DNA of 14,391 nucleotides, from the NCBI GenBank assembly GCA_037441845.1, contig JBBIRK010000011.1, positions 1 to 14,391 of the forward strand, in the 5' to 3' direction. Position 1 is the first letter of the stretch. Every line of letters starts with the position of its first letter. Below are positions 11,593-14,391 of the stretch, one piece after another. The notes under the pieces are model-generated. The model saw nothing but the letters and a program-made list of their open reading frames with translations. It searched no databases and had not been told where the DNA came from. Position numbers and translations under genes: made by a program. Source of the stretch: Candidatus Zixiibacteriota bacterium (GTDB lineage: Bacteria > Zixibacteria > MSB-5A5 > UBA10806 > 4484-95).

Positions 11593-11673
11593 AGCGAACT
11601 AAAGATGCGAAGACCGACCCATTGCCGAAATTCGGAAGCTTCTCGCTTTATCAATTTATCTTTAGAATCCGCT
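11593..11673 (-). promoter_or_regulatory. Long stem-loop in the rplJ-rplL spacer, candidate cis-regulatory RNA
   Basis: mRNA AGCGGA-UU-CUAAAGAU (11673-11658) pairs with AUCUUUAG-UUCGCU (11606-11593). Further partial pairing GCGAGAAG/CUUCGC and an inner CCGA-AUU-UCGG hairpin (11625-11635). Function is inferred. Confidence 0.45.
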
Positions 11674-12190
11674 ATTTCTTATTTTTTTCGGCCAACGCAT
11701 CTACCAGGCCGATAAAGTTGCGCACAACCCCTTCCAGAGTCATGATAAAGTTCACGATCGGGCCTTCGATCGATCCGATGAGCTGGGCCAAAACTACTTC
11801 CCGCGGCGGTAGTTGAGCGATCTTCTTGAAATCTTCAACCCCGAGAATCTGATTATCGAGTATGAACGCTTTGACTTTCGGCTTTTCGATCTTTTTATTC
11901 GATTCGAAAATTATGCGGGCCGGCACGGCCGGATCGTCATAGCCGAGAACAAGCGATGTTGGCCCCACGAAACACCCGGCCAAATTTTCCTTGCCCGCCT
12001 CTCGAGCGGCAATTCTAAACAGCGTGTTCTTGGCCACGCGCAGCTCCGAATTGGCCCGGCGCAGATCGCGCCGCAATACGGTCATATCTTCGACCGTAAG
12101 GCTCGTATGGTCGGTTACAATTATATTCTTGGCCGCGGCGATTTTTTCTTTCAGGACCGCTACTTCTTTTATTTTTTCTTGATTCGCCAT
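11672..12190 (-). CDS. rplJ: 50S ribosomal protein L10
   Basis: LRRDLR...RVAKNTLFRIA, GPTSL, IAQLPPRE. Lies between rplA and rplL. Probable start is ATG 12190 (172 aa), with SD AGGT overlapping the rplA stop. Confidence 0.96.
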   Translation of the reverse strand: MANQEKIKEVAVLKEKIAAAKNIIVTDHTSLTVEDMTVLRRDLRRANSELRVAKNTLFRIAAREAGKENLAGCFVGPTSLVLGYDDPAVPARIIFESNKKIEKPKVKAFILDNQILGVEDFKKIAQLPPREVVLAQLIGSIEGPIVNFIMTLEGVVRNFIGLVDALAEKNKK

Positions 12191-12196
12191 ATCCAC

Positions 12197-12898
12197 CTAC
12201 TTACCTAAAGCGGCAATTTCCGCGGTGTCGAGCTTGATACCCGGACCCATAGTGGAACAAATCGATACGTTTTTCAGATATGTGCCTTTGGCTGTCGCCG
12301 GCTTGGCCCTCATTATCGCACTGAGAAAGGTCCTGGCATTATCCAGCAATTTATCTTCCCCAAATGATATTTTGCCGATTCGGCTTGTAACGTTGCCGGT
12401 CTTATCCACCCGGTATTCTATTTTGCCGGCTTTCAAATCCCGCACCGCTTTGGCGACATCTTGAGTCACGGTTCCCGATTTGGGATTCGGCATCAGACCT
12501 TTGGGACCCAGTATCTTCCCGAGTTTACCGATTGCTCCCATCATGTCCGGAGTCGCGACGATAGCATCCACTTCGGCCCAGCCCGATTGGAGTTTTTCGA
12601 TATAATCATCGGCACCTATCATATCGGCGCCGGCGGCTTTGGCCTCGGCTGCCTTTTCGCCTTTGGTCAATACGAGCACTCTTACCGTTTTGCCGGTGCC
12701 ATGAGGCAGAACGGTCGTGCCTCGCACCATCTGGTCGGCCTTCTTGGGGTCCACGCCGAGTCGGCAGGCGATTTCCACTGTCTCGTCGAATTTTGCGTAG
12801 GCGGCTTGACGCAGAAGTTTTATACCTTCCGCAAGCGAATAGGTTTTCGTTCGGTCGACCAGTGCGGCTGCGGCTTTATATTTTTTACCTATTTTCAC
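12197..12898 (-). CDS. rplA: 50S ribosomal protein L1
   Basis: [50 protein letters not shown]. Probable GTG start at 12898 after SD GAAGGAG (12904-12910); 233 aa. Confidence 0.98.
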   Translation of the reverse strand: MKIGKKYKAAAALVDRTKTYSLAEGIKLLRQAAYAKFDETVEIACRLGVDPKKADQMVRGTTVLPHGTGKTVRVLVLTKGEKAAEAKAAGADMIGADDYIEKLQSGWAEVDAIVATPDMMGAIGKLGKILGPKGLMPNPKSGTVTQDVAKAVRDLKAGKIEYRVDKTGNVTSRIGKISFGEDKLLDNARTFLSAIMRAKPATAKGTYLKNVSICSTMGPGIKLDTAEIAALGK

Positions 12899-12927
12899 GA
12901 CTGCTCCTTCAATCATAATACTCGCCT

Positions 12928-13353
12928 TTAGTCGGCGACCTCGATTCCCATGCTTCGGGCCGTGCCTGCAATCAACCTTTCGGCGCTCGCCAGATCACCG
13001 GCGTTAAGGTCTGGCATCTTCATTCTGGCGATTTCGGTAATCTGGGCGCGGCTTACCTTGCCCACCTTGGTCTTGTTCGGCTCGCCGGAACCCTTTTCGA
13101 TTTTGGCGGCTTTTTTCAATAAAACCGATGCAGGCGGTGTTTTGGTTATGAACGTAAAAGATTTATCGGCATACACGGTTATCACGACCGGAATGATCAG
13201 GCCGGCTTGGGATTGAGTGCGGGCGTTGAACAATTTGCAGAATTCCATTATATTGACGCCTTGTTGACCAAGAGCGGGGCCGACTGGGGGAGCCGGAGTG
13301 GCATTGCCGGCCGGTATTTGCAACTTCACCATTCCAACGATCTTCTTTGCCAC
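12928..13353 (-). CDS. rplK: 50S ribosomal protein L11
   Basis: [37 protein letters not shown]. Probable GTG start at 13353 after SD AAAGGAG (13359-13365); 141 aa. The ORF-track start overlaps nusG. Confidence 0.98.
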   Translation of the reverse strand: MAKKIVGMVKLQIPAGNATPAPPVGPALGQQGVNIMEFCKLFNARTQSQAGLIIPVVITVYADKSFTFITKTPPASVLLKKAAKIEKGSGEPNKTKVGKVSRAQITEIARMKMPDLNAGDLASAERLIAGTARSMGIEVAD

Positions 13354-13366
13354 GATTACTCCTTTA

Positions 13367-13897
13367 TTAGAGTGCTCTAACCTGCAGGTAATCAAGTTCG
13401 ACCGGCGTGGGCCTGCCGAATATCGACACCATAACTTTAAGTTTGCGCCGTTCCGGATTGATTTCGCTCACGGTTCCGGCGAAATCAGAGAATGGACCGT
13501 CGACCACTTTCACCGCCTCGCCGACCTTGTATGGGATATCCAGAGCCTCGCGATTCTTGGAGCGGTCTATTTGCTGAAGGATGCGAGCCACTTCGCTTTC
13601 TCTCAGGGCGGCTGGTTTCCCTGATGCCCCCACGAAATTGGTTATTCCGGGCGTGGAGGTGACCAGATTTTGGGTTTCTTTGGTCAACTCCATTTCCACA
13701 AGTATATAACTCGGAAGAAACTTCTTCACCGAGGTCGAGCGTTTACCTTGTTTCATTTCGACTATCTCTTCCGTGGGGACCAGGATTTGGCCGAAATAAT
13801 CGGCCAATCCTTGAGCCACGCAGCTGCTTTCGAGATATTTTTTGGCTTTGTATTCGTGCCCCGAATACGTATGGGCCACATACCATTTCTTGGCCAT
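13367..13897 (-). CDS. nusG: Transcription termination/antitermination factor NusG
   Basis: 176 aa. [15 protein letters not shown] motif [27 protein letters not shown]. Canonical secE-nusG-rplK context. Confidence 0.97.
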   Translation of the reverse strand: MAKKWYVAHTYSGHEYKAKKYLESSCVAQGLADYFGQILVPTEEIVEMKQGKRSTSVKKFLPSYILVEMELTKETQNLVTSTPGITNFVGASGKPAALRESEVARILQQIDRSKNREALDIPYKVGEAVKVVDGPFSDFAGTVSEINPERRKLKVMVSIFGRPTPVELDYLQVRAL

Positions 13898-13900
13898 AAT

Positions 13901-14086
13901 CTACCTAAGAATAAGGCTCGTAATTCTCGACAGCCCGAAATCCACGACCCCTATGAAGGCCGAAAGGAAAATCGACAGTAGAATAACAACGATCGTCGAA
14001 TCGCGAAGCTCGTCTTTGGTGGGCCAAGCCACCTTGGTCAGTTCTTGCCTGATCTCTCTTAAAAATTTGGTTATTTTATTGATCAT
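13901..14086 (-). CDS. secE: Preprotein translocase subunit SecE (short, single-TM type)
   Basis: 61 aa. FLREIRQELTKVAWP motif followed by one hydrophobic helix. Lies between tRNA-Trp and nusG. SD GAGG. Confidence 0.95.
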   Translation of the reverse strand: MINKITKFLREIRQELTKVAWPTKDELRDSTIVVILLSIFLSAFIGVVDFGLSRITSLILR

Positions 14087-14098
14087 TAATGCCTCAAA

Positions 14099-14171
14099 CA
14101 GGACAGGAGGGACTTGAACCCCCAGCCGCCGGTTTTGGAGACCGGTGCTCTACCAGTTGAGCTACTGTCCT
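14099..14171 (-). tRNA. tRNA-Trp (anticodon CCA), 3' CCA not encoded
   Basis: Cloverleaf: acceptor AGGACAG/CTGTCCT, D-stem GCTC/GAGC, anticodon stem CCGGT/ACCGG with loop CTCCAAA, T-arm GGGGG-TTCAAGT-CCCTC. Discriminator G, followed by TTT. Confidence 0.97.
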
Positions 14172-14174
14172 ATT

Positions 14175-14327
14175 CTATCTCGTTTCCTTGTGCATCGTAT
14201 GTTTGGAGCAGAACGGACAAAATTTCTTATATTCGACCCTGTCCGGATGTTTCTTTTTATTTTTCATCGTGCTGTAATTCCTGTTTTTGCATTCATTACA
14301 GGCAAGCGCAATAATTTCCCGCGGCAT
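14175..14327 (-). CDS. rpmG: 50S ribosomal protein L33 (zinc-ribbon form)
   Basis: Manual translation: [50 protein letters not shown] (50 aa) with two CxxC pairs. tuf-rpmG-trnW-secE context. Not in the ORF track. Confidence 0.96.
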   Translation of the reverse strand: MPREIIALACNECKNRNYSTMKNKKKHPDRVEYKKFCPFCSKHTMHKETR

Positions 14328-14336
14328 ATTTATCCC

Positions 14337-14391
14337 CTACTCTATGATTTCGGTTACGACTCCGGCGCCGACGGTGCGACCGCCCTCGCGG
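14337..14391 (-). CDS. tuf: Elongation factor Tu, 3' fragment (enters from the right edge)
   Basis: Manual translation ...REGGRTVGAGVVTEIIE* with TAG at 14337-14339, the canonical EF-Tu C-terminus. Confidence 0.97.
   Translation of the reverse strand, partial: REGGRTVGAGVVTEIIE

Noticed and set aside
13367..13897. Specialised NusG paralog (RfaH/UpxY/LoaP)
   Set aside because: The secE-nusG-rplK context and canonical C-terminal motif indicate housekeeping NusG.
112..13981. Many plus-strand ORFs, some long (112..933, 1612..2181, 6969..7679, 8760..9347, 11017..11715 and others)
   Set aside because: They lie antisense to conserved essential genes and have no recognisable motifs. They are the shadow frames expected from codon bias.
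14099..14171. Alternative genetic code (UGA=Trp), suppressor tRNA, or an element integrated at the tRNA
   Set aside because: The anticodon is CCA with a normal D-stem, TGA serves as the fusA stop, and there is no integrase or duplicated tRNA 3' end nearby.
14114..14314. 66-aa plus-strand ORF
   Set aside because: It is antisense to tRNA-Trp and rpmG, which fully explain the region.

Overview
This is a core housekeeping superoperon, entirely on the minus strand. In transcription order (right to left): 3' end of tuf copy 1, rpmG, tRNA-Trp(CCA), secE, nusG, rplK, rplA, rplJ, rplL, rpoB, rpoC, a sigma70-type promoter, rpsL, rpsG, fusA, and the 5' end of tuf copy 2. The supplied ORF track misses rpmG and both tuf fragments, and it places several starts too far upstream (fusA, rplJ, rplA, rplK). 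I see no mobile element, CRISPR array, defence system or accessory gene, so I cannot support a novel protein-coding system here. The points most worth a second look are: (1) two ~130-nt structured spacers in unexpected places (rpsG-fusA, where competing hairpins hide the fusA ribosome-binding site, and rplJ-rplL), while the usual L1 and L10 autoregulatory leader positions have no room for a leader; (2) Lys in place of the highly conserved RpoB Glu546 (E. coli numbering); (3) both window ends stop ~55 nt into tuf, which suggests an assembly break at two near-identical tuf copies; (4) an L10 tail that predicts a six-L12 stalk. RNA polymerase indels suggest an FCB-group-like bacterium (inference).
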